Assembly: GCA_949372645.1 (NCBI GenBank)
Contig: CASIAP010000005.1
Span: 157,094-221,093, forward strand
DNA from: Candidatus Poseidoniaceae archaeon
GTDB lineage: Archaea > Thermoplasmatota > Poseidoniia > Poseidoniales > Poseidoniaceae
Direction of reading: 5' to 3'
DNA: 64,000 bases
Shown here: positions 1 through 10,900 of the stretch, piece after piece
Position numbering within the stretch: the first letter of the stretch is position 1
How the letters are laid out: each line of letters begins with the position of its first letter
Made by a program: the position numbers and the translations under genes
The notes under the pieces: generated by a model
The model's database searches: none
The model's input: only the letters and a program-made list of their open reading frames with translations
Told to the model about the DNA's origin: nothing

Positions 1-1
1 A

Positions 2-160
2 GAACTCTTTGCCTTGGAGAAGGAAGTCAACAGACTCATTGAAAATAGGAAAATTAAAACATTACATGGCTTGATTTTGAGAAATACCATCGAAGAGCGT
101 GAAAGTTCAATTCGAGAAACCTCTTCTTCGAACAAAAAGTTGAGAACGGAAGAAGAATAA
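2..160 (+). CDS. 3' end of a gene entering the window (hypothetical protein)
   Basis: Open frame from position 2 (ELFALEKEVNRLIENRKIKTLHGLILRNTIEERE...TEEE) to TAA at 158-160. Confidence 0.6.
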   Translation, partial: ELFALEKEVNRLIENRKIKTLHGLILRNTIEERESSIRETSSSNKKLRTEEE

Positions 161-269
161 ATCCTCTGAACTGCGTAAGAACGTACCTCGCGGCAAAAAC
201 AAAAGGGGCCGAGGTAGAGATATGTGGCTTACTTTCATCCTCAATACCTATGTGTAATGTGCCGCAGGA

Positions 270-1043
270 ATGGATAAGGGCGTATCTGTGACGAAAAGAA
301 AATACGGCAAAAGCAATGTCATTGATTTATCAGAATGGGGCAGGCCATTTGCTCGAATTCTTGCCAATTTCTTGAAAGAGAAGCCTGTATCCGTGATACA
401 GGTCACCAATCTTCATTTCGTACTCTCCTTGTTTTGTGCTTGGCTCATCTTCGAGGGGCACACAAGAGAAGGTTGTTTTCTGTTAATCATCAAAGGAGTG
501 CTCGATGCAGTTGATGGTGAATTAGCACGTATTCGTGAACGACCATCTCACGTCGGAAGGTACTGGGATACCGTAGCAGATACAATTGGACTGATTGCGG
601 TCATGTGGGCATTTGGGAGTCTTTTGGCCTGGGACATCGGTTTAACTTCGCTCATGATATTAGCCGTACTCTTTCAGTATTCATTGTTCAATCATTTTTC
701 AATACGAATGAGAGTCTTAGGCTCAGGTGACTCGACCAGCCGGATTGATGAGCGTATTCGCCCCGTTGCTCAGCCATGGGAGCGACAAAGAAATGTGAAT
801 ATTTTTCACACCATTTATCTCATATTTTTCAGTTGGCAAGACAGTATTATTTCCACCTTGACTGGAAAGGGTTCAAAGAAATTATTGTTTGAACTGACTG
901 TTTCTTCTTCACTTGGATACGGTATGCAATCGATCCTCATCTTTGGGCTTGCACTTACACAGAATCTCGACTATCTCCCACACTTGATTTTAGGTGTCAA
1001 TGGATCGTTAATGGCCGCAGTCATCATCCGAAGTCGATTGTGA
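270..1043 (+). CDS. CDP-alcohol phosphatidyltransferase family protein
   Basis: Signature DAVDGELAR...GRYWDTVAD (DxxDGxxAR...GxxxDxxxD); several TM segments. Confidence 0.9.
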   Translation: MDKGVSVTKRKYGKSNVIDLSEWGRPFARILANFLKEKPVSVIQVTNLHFVLSLFCAWLIFEGHTREGCFLLIIKGVLDAVDGELARIRERPSHVGRYWDTVADTIGLIAVMWAFGSLLAWDIGLTSLMILAVLFQYSLFNHFSIRMRVLGSGDSTSRIDERIRPVAQPWERQRNVNIFHTIYLIFFSWQDSIISTLTGKGSKKLLFELTVSSSLGYGMQSILIFGLALTQNLDYLPHLILGVNGSLMAAVIIRSRL

Positions 1044-1157
1044 CGATTCTGAACTATGATGAGACTCGGTTTCATCAAAAACCCCTCAAATCGGCGTTAA
1101 AAAGAACTCGGGGCATTACAAAACAAAGTTCATTAAACATTACATATTGGTGTTAGC

Positions 1158-4094
1158 ATGCGCCGAAATGCTATTTTGATTTGTTTTATTATGTTGGTTG
1201 GAACTCTTCCTCTTGCCCTTATTGGTATCAGTTCAGCCACTGAACACACTGTTTCAGTTAGTGCGGATGGGTACGAACACTTCGCTCTAGGGCAGATTAA
1301 CCAAGGCCAGGAATTGTCCATTGATTACGATCTAAGTGGAAACGTCGACGTTCTTTTATTGAATCAAGAACAGTTCAACCAATGGAGCACAGGAGGTACC
1401 CAACACATCGAATCTGGTTCGGATTACGACGATAAGAAGGATGACTACATATTCACTATTGATGAATCAAACACCTACCACCTCATCTTTGATAACAGTC
1501 AGCAGGCAGGTGAAGCATCCAGCTCTGGGTCGACAATTACTGGAACTGCCACAACATCGCTTTTGTCACCAGAACCAGACCGACTTCGCACTCGTACGTG
1601 GGCAGGAGTGGGGTCGTCGATCGATATTCTCGCACCCGAAGTGGAAATTGGTGAAATCATCTCCATTTCAGTTCACTGCGACATAGGTTTGACAAGTGGT
1701 GATGACTTAGACTTCTTACTCAGAGATTCAGTGCAAAAGAATGCTCCTGGAGCGATTACAGATTGGAATCGCCATGCTTCTTTCGAAGATACCTGTTCCT
1801 ATTCTTGGGAATATGAGACAAATAAAGAATCCAGTTGGTTCCTCACCGTTGATAATTCAGATACTGCTCGTACTGACGGTTTAAGCAATGGAGTTATGGT
1901 GGATGTTGTCATTGAAGTGCGAAGTTTAATCCCCTTGATTGAGGTTGTTGATACCTCACGTATGATTGATTCTGGAGACTATTACCGTGTTGATATAGGG
2001 TATATGCCGGCAGATGGTGTTGCTTACATTGATTTTTCATTCTGGAGTCATGGAACTGCAATGTTAACTGATGATTTGGATGTTCTCGTAATGGAAAGTA
2101 CTGAAGCGAATCTATACGAAAGTGGAAACGATGCTACTGCCCTAGGCCATACGACTATACTCGATGCAACCAGCCAATCATGGTCGTACCAATTCGCAGA
2201 ATCAGGAACTTACAGCGTAATTTTCGATAACACTGACGAACCCGATGGAGGTGCTGGTGATGGCTCCGATATACAAGTGGAAATCGGGGTCACCTCATTG
2301 ACTATTCCTTCACTTTTTGGCAACATATGGACTGGATGGCACCAATCACGCCATTACACCGATGAAGGAGGTCATATAGCCCTTGATCTTGGAACCTTAT
2401 CCAGTGGCGAGGAGGTTTACTATTACATTGATGGGAGTAATGAGGGTGGAAGTATTTTCTCTGCCAAAGAATTTGATATTATGTTCATGACAAAGGTAAA
2501 TTATGATTTGTATGTCAATGGTTCTTCCACTTTCACTGCTCTTCAAGATGGAACAAATTACAAAGAAGGTGGAATTATTCCCACCATAGAAAATATTTCT
2601 ATCGTTTCAAATGACCACTATATGCTGGTCATGGATGCCGCAGATGGGCCAAATTCAAACGCTGCAGATGAAAATGGAGATTGGATCTGGGAATTCATCG
2701 TTCTATCAGATGGTGGACCAATTGAAAACCTCCAATCTAAAGACGGACGATACCTTCAGAGCCTATCCATTGATTCAATTTCAGCTCCTGACAACGATAA
2801 TGATGGTGTGAGGAACGGACTGGATGAATGCCAGTCAACATCAAGCGGAATGTCTGTTGATGCTACTGGCTGTTCAAATTCTGAATCGGATTCGGATGGT
2901 GATGGAGTTACAAATAACAACGATCAATGTCCCAATTCTGCCCATGGAGTTTCTGTTGATACCACCGGATGCGTTGTGGTTGTTGTGGCTGATGAAGACG
3001 GCGATGGCGTCAATGATGAAGACGACCAATGTGCAAATACGCCTGCTGGAACAAGCGTAGATACCAACGGATGCGCTTCCTCACAACTCGATAGCGATAA
3101 CGATGGAGTTACAGATAACAACGACCAATGTGCAAATACACCTGCTGGAACAAGCGTAGATACTAACGGATGCGCTTCCTCACAACTCGATAGCGATAAC
3201 GATGGAGTTACAGATAACAACGACCAATGTGCAAATACACCTGCTGGAACAAGCGTAGATACCAACGGATGCGCTGTTGTAGCTACTGATTCTGACGGCG
3301 ATGGCGTCAATGATGAAGACGACCAATGTGCAAATACGCCTGCTGGAACAAGCGTAGATACCAACGGATGCGCTTCCTCACAACTCGATAGCGATAACGA
3401 TGGAGTTACAGATAACAACGACCAATGTGCAAATACACCTGCTGGAACAAGCGTAGATACCAACGGATGCGCTGTTGTAGCTACTGATTCTGACGGCGAT
3501 GGCGTCAATGATGAAGACGACCAATGTGCAAATACACCTGCTGGAACAAGCGTAGATACCAACGGATGCGCTGTTGTAGCTACTGATTCTGACGGCGATG
3601 GCGTCAATGATGAAGACGACCAATGTGCAAATACGCCTGCTGGAACAAGCGTAGATACCAACGGATGCGCTGTTGTAGCTACTGATTCTGACGGTGATGG
3701 CGTCAATGATGAAGACGACCAATGTGCAAATACACCTGCTGGAACAAGCGTAGATACCAACGGATGCGCTGTTGTAGCTACTGATTCTGACGGCGATGGC
3801 GTCAATGATACAACCGATCAATGTTCGAACACACCAACTGGAGCAAACGCAGATTCAACCGGTTGCTCAGCATCTCAGAAAGACGGCGATGGCGACGGTG
3901 TAATGAACGATATCGACGAATGTCTCAACACACCTGCTGGAGAGAGTGTTCTGGCAAATGGTTGTGTTGAGGGGATTTCACCGAACCTCGATAACGATGA
4001 AAACTCTGATGATTCAGACAAAGGCCTTCCCGGTTTCACTGCAGCACTCGCAACATTAGCGTTCATGGGTGCAGCGTTGATTCGCCGTGATTGA
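1158..4094 (+). CDS. Secreted surface protein with thrombospondin type 3-like Ca-binding repeats and PGF-CTERM-like anchor
   Basis: Signal peptide; DSDGDGVNDEDDQC...NGC repeats; C-terminus LPGF-TM helix-RRD. Confidence 0.85.
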   Translation: MRRNAILICFIMLVGTLPLALIGISSATEHTVSVSADGYEHFALGQINQGQELSIDYDLSGNVDVLLLNQEQFNQWSTGGTQHIESGSDYDDKKDDYIFTIDESNTYHLIFDNSQQAGEASSSGSTITGTATTSLLSPEPDRLRTRTWAGVGSSIDILAPEVEIGEIISISVHCDIGLTSGDDLDFLLRDSVQKNAPGAITDWNRHASFEDTCSYSWEYETNKESSWFLTVDNSDTARTDGLSNGVMVDVVIEVRSLIPLIEVVDTSRMIDSGDYYRVDIGYMPADGVAYIDFSFWSHGTAMLTDDLDVLVMESTEANLYESGNDATALGHTTILDATSQSWSYQFAESGTYSVIFDNTDEPDGGAGDGSDIQVEIGVTSLTIPSLFGNIWTGWHQSRHYTDEGGHIALDLGTLSSGEEVYYYIDGSNEGGSIFSAKEFDIMFMTKVNYDLYVNGSSTFTALQDGTNYKEGGIIPTIENISIVSNDHYMLVMDAADGPNSNAADENGDWIWEFIVLSDGGPIENLQSKDGRYLQSLSIDSISAPDNDNDGVRNGLDECQSTSSGMSVDATGCSNSESDSDGDGVTNNNDQCPNSAHGVSVDTTGCVVVVVADEDGDGVNDEDDQCANTPAGTSVDTNGCASSQLDSDNDGVTDNNDQCANTPAGTSVDTNGCASSQLDSDNDGVTDNNDQCANTPAGTSVDTNGCAVVATDSDGDGVNDEDDQCANTPAGTSVDTNGCASSQLDSDNDGVTDNNDQCANTPAGTSVDTNGCAVVATDSDGDGVNDEDDQCANTPAGTSVDTNGCAVVATDSDGDGVNDEDDQCANTPAGTSVDTNGCAVVATDSDGDGVNDEDDQCANTPAGTSVDTNGCAVVATDSDGDGVNDTTDQCSNTPTGANADSTGCSASQKDGDGDGVMNDIDECLNTPAGESVLANGCVEGISPNLDNDENSDDSDKGLPGFTAALATLAFMGAALIRRD
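2990..3808 (+). repeat. 99-bp (33-aa) tandem repeat, about 8 near-identical copies in two variants
   Basis: gaccaatgtgcaaatac(a/g)cctgctggaacaagcgtagatac recurs every 99 bp. Confidence 0.95.
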
Positions 4095-4188
4095 TTCAGA
4101 ATCTGAGGAGTGGTTCTCATCCAGAGCTTCACTTAAGCGAGAGTATTTCTAAACGAGATACTATAGTGCAAAAGCCTGAACGAAGGAC

Positions 4189-4644
4189 ATGGATGTCTAC
4201 GACTACTCTTTTTTCTTTTCGACAATGTGGGTTGGCCCTTTTTGGTTTGCAATGCTGGTTTTTCCCGAACATGAAATGACCAAAAAAGTCATGCAAGGAC
4301 CATGGTTCTTCCTCGGACCAGTTCTCGTATGGTGGGCGGTCACCATCGCAGACCCTCAAGGATTGATTGACTTAGCTAAAGACTCAACAGACCCCACTGG
4401 AATCCTTGATGGCCTTGCAGCCATTATGGGTTCAAAACCCGGCGCATCTGCGGCTTGGGCACACATGGTTGCTGGAGATATCTTTGTCACACACTGGATG
4501 TGGAAGCGATGCTTAGAGCAGAACAGTCCTCGATGGATTGCTGCAACAACCGTGTTCTTTGGCGTGATGATGATGCCAGTTGGTATCGCATTGCATATGA
4601 TCTTGGTTCGTCCTTCGAAGGAATCCTCTGATGCCTCGGCTTAA
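4189..4644 (+). CDS. ABA4-like (DUF4281) membrane protein
   Basis: About 150 aa, 4 TM; AWAHMVAGDIFVTHW resembles the family WxHxxxxDLFVGxW motif. Confidence 0.7.
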   Translation: MDVYDYSFFFSTMWVGPFWFAMLVFPEHEMTKKVMQGPWFFLGPVLVWWAVTIADPQGLIDLAKDSTDPTGILDGLAAIMGSKPGASAAWAHMVAGDIFVTHWMWKRCLEQNSPRWIAATTVFFGVMMMPVGIALHMILVRPSKESSDASA

Positions 4645-4711
4645 TCAAAGTACTGAAAGACATCAAACTTTCTTAATGATGAAGACTTCAATTATTCTGG
4701 TCATTAAAGAA

Positions 4712-4876
4712 TCAAACATCGATGTATTTCCACTCTAATTCGCCCCCGTAATTGACCCAATGATGACCTAAACCCTCTGGGTGTTCTTGATACATTGGAT
4801 ACGACTCTGGTGACTTCTCTTGCTTTTGATATTCCAACGGTGCCTCCTTGGATCTTGATTCAAAGAGAAAAGAAGA
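4712..4876 (-). pseudogene. Probable relic of a C-terminal Trp-rich tail of a surface-protein gene
   Basis: Reads ...ESRSKEAPLEYQKQEKSPESYPMYQEHPEGLGHHWVNYGGELEWKYIDV*, with an in-frame stop just upstream; resembles the tails of the two neighbouring giant proteins. Confidence 0.45.
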
Positions 4877-4915
4877 TTACCTGTTTACAAAGAAGTTTAT
4901 GCTTAAATCGAAATT
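4854..4915. repeat. 62-bp direct repeat, left copy
   Basis: cttgattcaaagagaaaagaagattacctgtttacaaagaagtttatgcttaaatcgaaatt; 58/62 identical to 15937-15998. Confidence 0.95.
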
Positions 4916-4934
4916 AATCAATAAAGGGTGTTCA

Positions 4935-7900
4935 CTAAGCCTTCTTTGGAGTTACTACGGATTCCAATAATTGCCATTCGTGTTGTGAATCGTCACGCCA
5001 CCAGTATGTTTTATCTGAATCATGATACCATTGTCGGCCATTTTCATCGACCATGGTCGCTTCTGTGTTCATTGTTGGACCTTTCTCCACTTCAACTTCT
5101 TCAGCTTCTTCAGCTTCTTCAGCTTCTTCAACTTCTTCAACTTCTTCAGCTTCTTCAACTTCTTCAGCTTCTTTAGTTTCTTCAGTTTCTTCAGTTTCTT
5201 CAGTTTCTTCAGTTTCTTCAGCTTCTTCAGCTTCTTGCTCCGATTCCACTAGAGGAGTTTGATCGATCTTATCATAGAATTTTGCTTGCGATTTTTCTTT
5301 TACAACTCCAGGTTCAAATTTCTTTGAATCCTCTTCAAGTTTGTACTTGAAGTGACGTTCAGTTTCTTCCAACTTATCATCTGCTTCTGCTCGAATTCTT
5401 TCAAGCCTCATACCGTGGTGTGGACCAATCAACCGGAACATGAGTGCCCTTTCATAACGTTCAGCAACTGCTGAAATATCTTCTCTCGATTTAGCAGTTT
5501 CAATTTCTTCCAAGAATCTTCGCGTTCTTTTGTTGCGTGTCAAGAGACTAAAGGAGAGGAATAAAATTAATGGAATACCTGTCATCATACCAATGATATC
5601 CCATGCACCGAGGCTGATTTCGGTGCCAGGGATGATGATTTCAAAGCCTTCGATTGGGTTCGATTGATCATTGTATGGATCACTATCTTTCAATTCTTCT
5701 TCTTTATCAGAATAGCCATCATTGTCATCATCTTCGTCTAATTCATCCGGAATTGTATCGCCATCAAAGTCTGACAAAGTTTTCAGCGTAAAAGACAAAC
5801 TATAGTAGCCACCATCGTTGCTTGCATTGATGGTTATGTTCATGAGAGCGTTTATTTCACTCGGTCTACCAAACATTGAACCTGATGTGCTATCAAAGAC
5901 CAAGCCATTCGGTAATTGATAACCTTGTTCGAATTCAAGAACCCATAAATCTACAACGACGTCTGAAGAGATAAATGGAGCAAATTTAGCCATTTCCACC
6001 TGTTCGGTCAGCGAAAGTGTTTCGTATGGTAATGTAAATCTCGGTGCTTGATTCAAAATTTGAATCGAAATGAGTTGTTGGTACGTTCCCCCGCTATTTT
6101 CTGCAGTAATCGTGTACTGGATTTCGGGAGAAACGATTAATGGAACTCCTTGAATCATACCTCTTTTCTCATCAAAAAACATACCTGATGGCAATGAAGG
6201 AGTAATGCTGTAGGATGCTATATTTCCACCTGAACTTGTAACCTGAATCGCGTTAAATGGTGAATTTTTATACAAAATGTGTTTCGAAGAAGAGAAGCTA
6301 AATTGTGGTTCAGGCTCTAAAACCTCTAGGTAAAACAACCATTGTGAAGTCCCTCCCTCACTCATAGCCGTAACTGTAAATAATTCAGAGGTTGAGTTGA
6401 CCAAAGGAGTGCCGTAAATCAATCCATTCTCAAGAAAGAGACCATCTGGTAATTCTGGAAGAATAGTCCATTTTTCAACCATTCCGCCTGAGTTAATGAT
6501 CATAAGTTCTTCAATAAGGCTGTCTCGAGTCGCAAGAATTGAATTCGAAGGATTCTCAATCATTGGTGCTGGTTCAAGTATCTGAATGCTGAAAGTCATT
6601 TCATCAAACCCTCCAGTATTTTCTCCTTTTACGGTGTAATTCACTGCAGACATGTTGACGGTTGGGGTTCCGAATATCTGCCCGTTAAGGAAGACTAGAC
6701 CGTCCGGTAATTGAGGTGAAATTGTCCACAAGGCGATATTTCCACCAATGTTACCAATCACAATATTTGACAACGTCTGTTCTCTTTCGACAACGTATTG
6801 AGATTGAAGAGCGATAAATTGAGGTGTTGGTTCGAGCACTGTGATGTTCAAATCTATGAACGATACACCCCCGGAGTTATTTCCATAAATCCGGTATGTT
6901 ATAATCGTCTGATTATTGGAAGCTTGGCCTGAAATTATACCGTTACTGAATGACAATCCTGCGGGTAATGATGGATTGATGGACCATTGTGAAACCACTC
7001 CATCCGTCACAAGTGGAGAATATTCAATGTATTGACCCGTACGAGTGAGTTCGATCTCATTTACGGGATAGGTGATACTTGCCGCAGGCTCATACACCAC
7101 CAACAATGAATATGAGGTTACAGCACCGAACTGGTTTGAATAAGTGATGATGTAACTCTGCTGTGTGCTGTTTACAGTAGGTGTCCCACTGATTACTCCA
7201 GTCTGCGCGTGAATGCTTAGGCCATCGGGCAGAGGTGGTTGAATCGAAAATTCCGCATTACTTATTCCGCTCAACACTGGAATAATCGGCGATGAAGTTT
7301 GGTTTCGTATCGATTCCATGAATGTCAATGGATAAGAATATGATGCGCTAACAGCTAAGGTTTGTTGAACATAGTGAGTGCCGGCAAGGTTCGTGATGCT
7401 CATCTCAAGAACGATGCTGCCAGAACCGTTTTCGGGAGCACCGTAAATGGTTCCTGCCAAAGCATGATCAACGTGGAGTGTGATTCCCCTGTATTCAGTG
7501 AATTCTGAAACTACAGTGGCATTTATCCAAGGAATTTGGCCTGCTTGATTGTCTCCTGTACACATAATCGACCAGCGAATTGTGCTCATACAGAGGTGTT
7601 GATCTCCAATGACAATCAATGATGAACCTATTGAATTTTGATTTTCAACTTGAACTGGCGACGTCAATATCATACTTGTGGTCGAGAACATTCCTGAACG
7701 TGATTGACCCCAGCACCAGATCTCATTTTGTAAACTAACAATACATGATTGCTCAGCTCCAGCCACAATTCGGGATGCTCCAGACCAAGCAGAATTTTGA
7801 ATGATTCTTGGTTCAATCTTCCCAAGCAGCGTACCGTCTCCCAATTGACCTTGAGCATTTCTTCCCCAACATGCCGGTTGTGAGCCATTGAGAACAGCGC

Positions 7901-10900
7901 ACGAATGGTCGCCTCCTGCACTAACGGATAGTACTGAGAAACCAAGTGGCAAATTAACTAAAGTTGGTTGCAATTTATTGTCAATTGTTCCATCTCCCAG
8001 TTGACCAAAAGAATTCCTACCCCAACAATAGAGTTCTCCAGAGTAAGTGGTTGAGCATGTATGTGCCTTTCCGAGGTCGATTTGAGTAAAAAACATCGAT
8101 TGATTGGTGTGAACGTCAACTGGAATAAAGGAATTCTCGTATGTTGCATCACCCAGTTGTCCATCTTCATTTGAACCCCAACACAGAGCACTACCATTCA
8201 CAAGAATTCCACATGTGTGGGTATCGCCGACACTGACTCCAACAAAACCATATTCACCGGTATGCGATACTAATCCAGGTGAAGTGACCGCAAAATTCCC
8301 ATTGCATCCAGTGGTATACGAACCATAGACGCACCTGAAGCCTCGGCCGAGTTGACCGAAATCATTCTGACCCCAGCATTCTACTGCTCCGGCAGAGGTT
8401 ACAACACAGGTGTGGTGCTTACCTACTGCAACATCCACTGGCCACTGAAGTGACGAGAGGGTTATGTTCACCATCGTATTTATTGAATTCGTGTTACCTT
8501 GCCCAAGTTGACCCATGTCATTTGAACCCCAACAGACAACCCGATATTCTACTGTAATTGTACAAATATTGGAGCCTGAACTTGAAACCGTTTTGCTTGA
8601 GTTATACTCAGAAAGATAGATTCCAGCCACAGATGAGCCATTCCACTCCCAATTCTCTGGATATCCTGCGTCCCCTGATGGGCTTAAAGGAGCAAATCCA
8701 AAACCATTGTAAAGATCATAGACAGAGCTTGAATAACTCACGTTTGGAAGTATTTCGTCAACATTCAATGTGAAGTTGAGCCTGTCTTCACCTGTTGAAT
8801 TCCATAATCGAATTGAATAATGTGTTGATGGCCATGGAATCGCTGGAGTTCCGCTAATGTTCGCCGTTTGGAAATCAAAGATTAGACCGTCTGGCAAAGC
8901 TGGTTCAATACTCAAGTTTCGTTCATAGATGTTGATTGAAGGCAAATAAGCGCTCATCGTGGAGTTTCTGGTTAATTGAATCGAGTTGTATGAATTTTCA
9001 ATTCCAGATAGCACTTCAAAATCGATATCCCAACTCGAGAAACCAAAACTGTTGTTGGCCCAAATGGTATGGACTGATGATGGATAAACAACACTCGGAA
9101 TGCCCGTAATACGTCCTGTTGAATTGTCGAAATCCAAACCGATTGGAAGTGTTGGACTAATTTGGAAAGCTGCAACAGCACCTCCAGTTAGGCTGGCGAT
9201 AGGGTGAATGCTTTGGAAGCCTCTTCGATAGGAAATATCAAGTACATTATATTCGAGAATCGGAGGAATCTCTGAAATTACAATTGATATTACGGATGAA
9301 TCGAGCCCGTATTGATTGGATACTGTAACTGTATATTGAGAGACCGGTTGGTCAAAAAGAGGAGTGCCCCAAATTGAACCATTGGAGGGTTCAAAGAACA
9401 GCCCAACAGGCAAACTTGGAGAAATGGAAATAGAAGTATATGCACCTCCTGTAATGATTGGTGAACGTGAAACCATGGTTTGGTTTCTGGTTAACACAAG
9501 CATATTATTGCCATAATCGTAGGCAGGAACGACTCGTAATGACATCAGATTGGAATGAGACCCAATACTGCTGTTTGTCCAAACGGTATAATCTGTCCAT
9601 GATGAGAATGAGCTTGGAACTCCATAAAGAGCTCCAATATTTGTAGATGAAGAGAAATTGAGGCCTTGAGGAAGGGGTGGGTGTGATTCAACTGATTGGA
9701 CATTTCCACCGAATTGGTTTGCCTCAATCGTCGTGATATTGAAACCTCGGACGAAAGTCTCATTATTCGTATCGTAAGTAACCAGTGGAGCAATGTCGCC
9801 GATTGAAATTGTAATTTCGATGGTGTCTGAACCAGCAAGGTTCGACACATGAATCGAAAAGTTTTGCGAGGTTTGATTGTTTAATGGAGCCCCCCAAATT
9901 GTACCGTTTGATGGCTCAAAATTCAATCCTTGCGGAAGAGATGGAGAGATCGATGCAGAATATGCACCTCCTGTAATGATTGGTGAACGTGAAACCATGG
10001 TTTGGTTTCTGGTTAACACAAGCATATTATTGCCATAATCGTAGGCAGGAACGACGGATATTTCTAAATTAAATACACTCGAACCAACGGTGTTGCCACC
10101 ATAAATGGTGTATATTTGAGTGGCCGTTACTTGTGAAGCCGTTCCAGATAACGTTCCAAATGGTTTTTCAACAAATCCTGAGACCATGACCGGAATCGTA
10201 AATGGTATTGTTGAACCGATGCCAAGTTGGCCTTGAGAATTCTGACCCCAGCATTTCAAAGTGCCAACATCAAGCACTGCACAAGTATGATAGTTACCTG
10301 AACTCACCGAAACGGCTGTTCTTCCTGTTCCCAGAGTAACGGTCTGTGACGTATTTTGTTGTATTGTTGAACCGATGCCAAGTTGGCCTTGAGAATTCTG
10401 ACCCCAGCATTTCAAACTGCCATCATCAAGCACTGCACAAGTATGAGCGCCACCTAAACTCACCGATACGGCTGTTCTTCCTGTTCCCAAGTCAACGGTT
10501 TGTGGCGTAGTTTGTTGTGTTGTTGAACCGATGCCAAGTTGGCCATAGTAATTCTGACCCCAGCATTTCAAACTGCCATCATCAAGCACTGCACAAGTAT
10601 GATAGGAACCTAAACTCACCGAAACGGCTGTTCTTCCTGTTCCCAAGTCAACGGTTTGTGGCGTAGTTTGGGATGTTGTTGAACCGATGCCAAGTTGGCC
10701 TTGAGAATTCTGACCCCAGCATTTCAAACTGCCATCATCAAGCACTGCACAAGTGTGATAGGTACCTAAACTCACCGAAACGGCTGTTCTTCCTGTTCCC
10801 AAGTCAACGGTTTGTGGCGTAGTTTGTTGTGTTGTTGAACCGATGCCAAGTTGGCCTAGAGAATTCCGACCCCAGCATTTCAAACTGCCATCATCAAGCA

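Noticed and set aside
2924-3821. Antisense ORFs of 293 and 147 aa
   Set aside because: Shadow frames kept open by the 99-bp repeat
4928-5262. LLQ, FFS and SSA repeat ORFs
   Set aside because: Alternative frames of the 9-bp Glu-rich minisatellite
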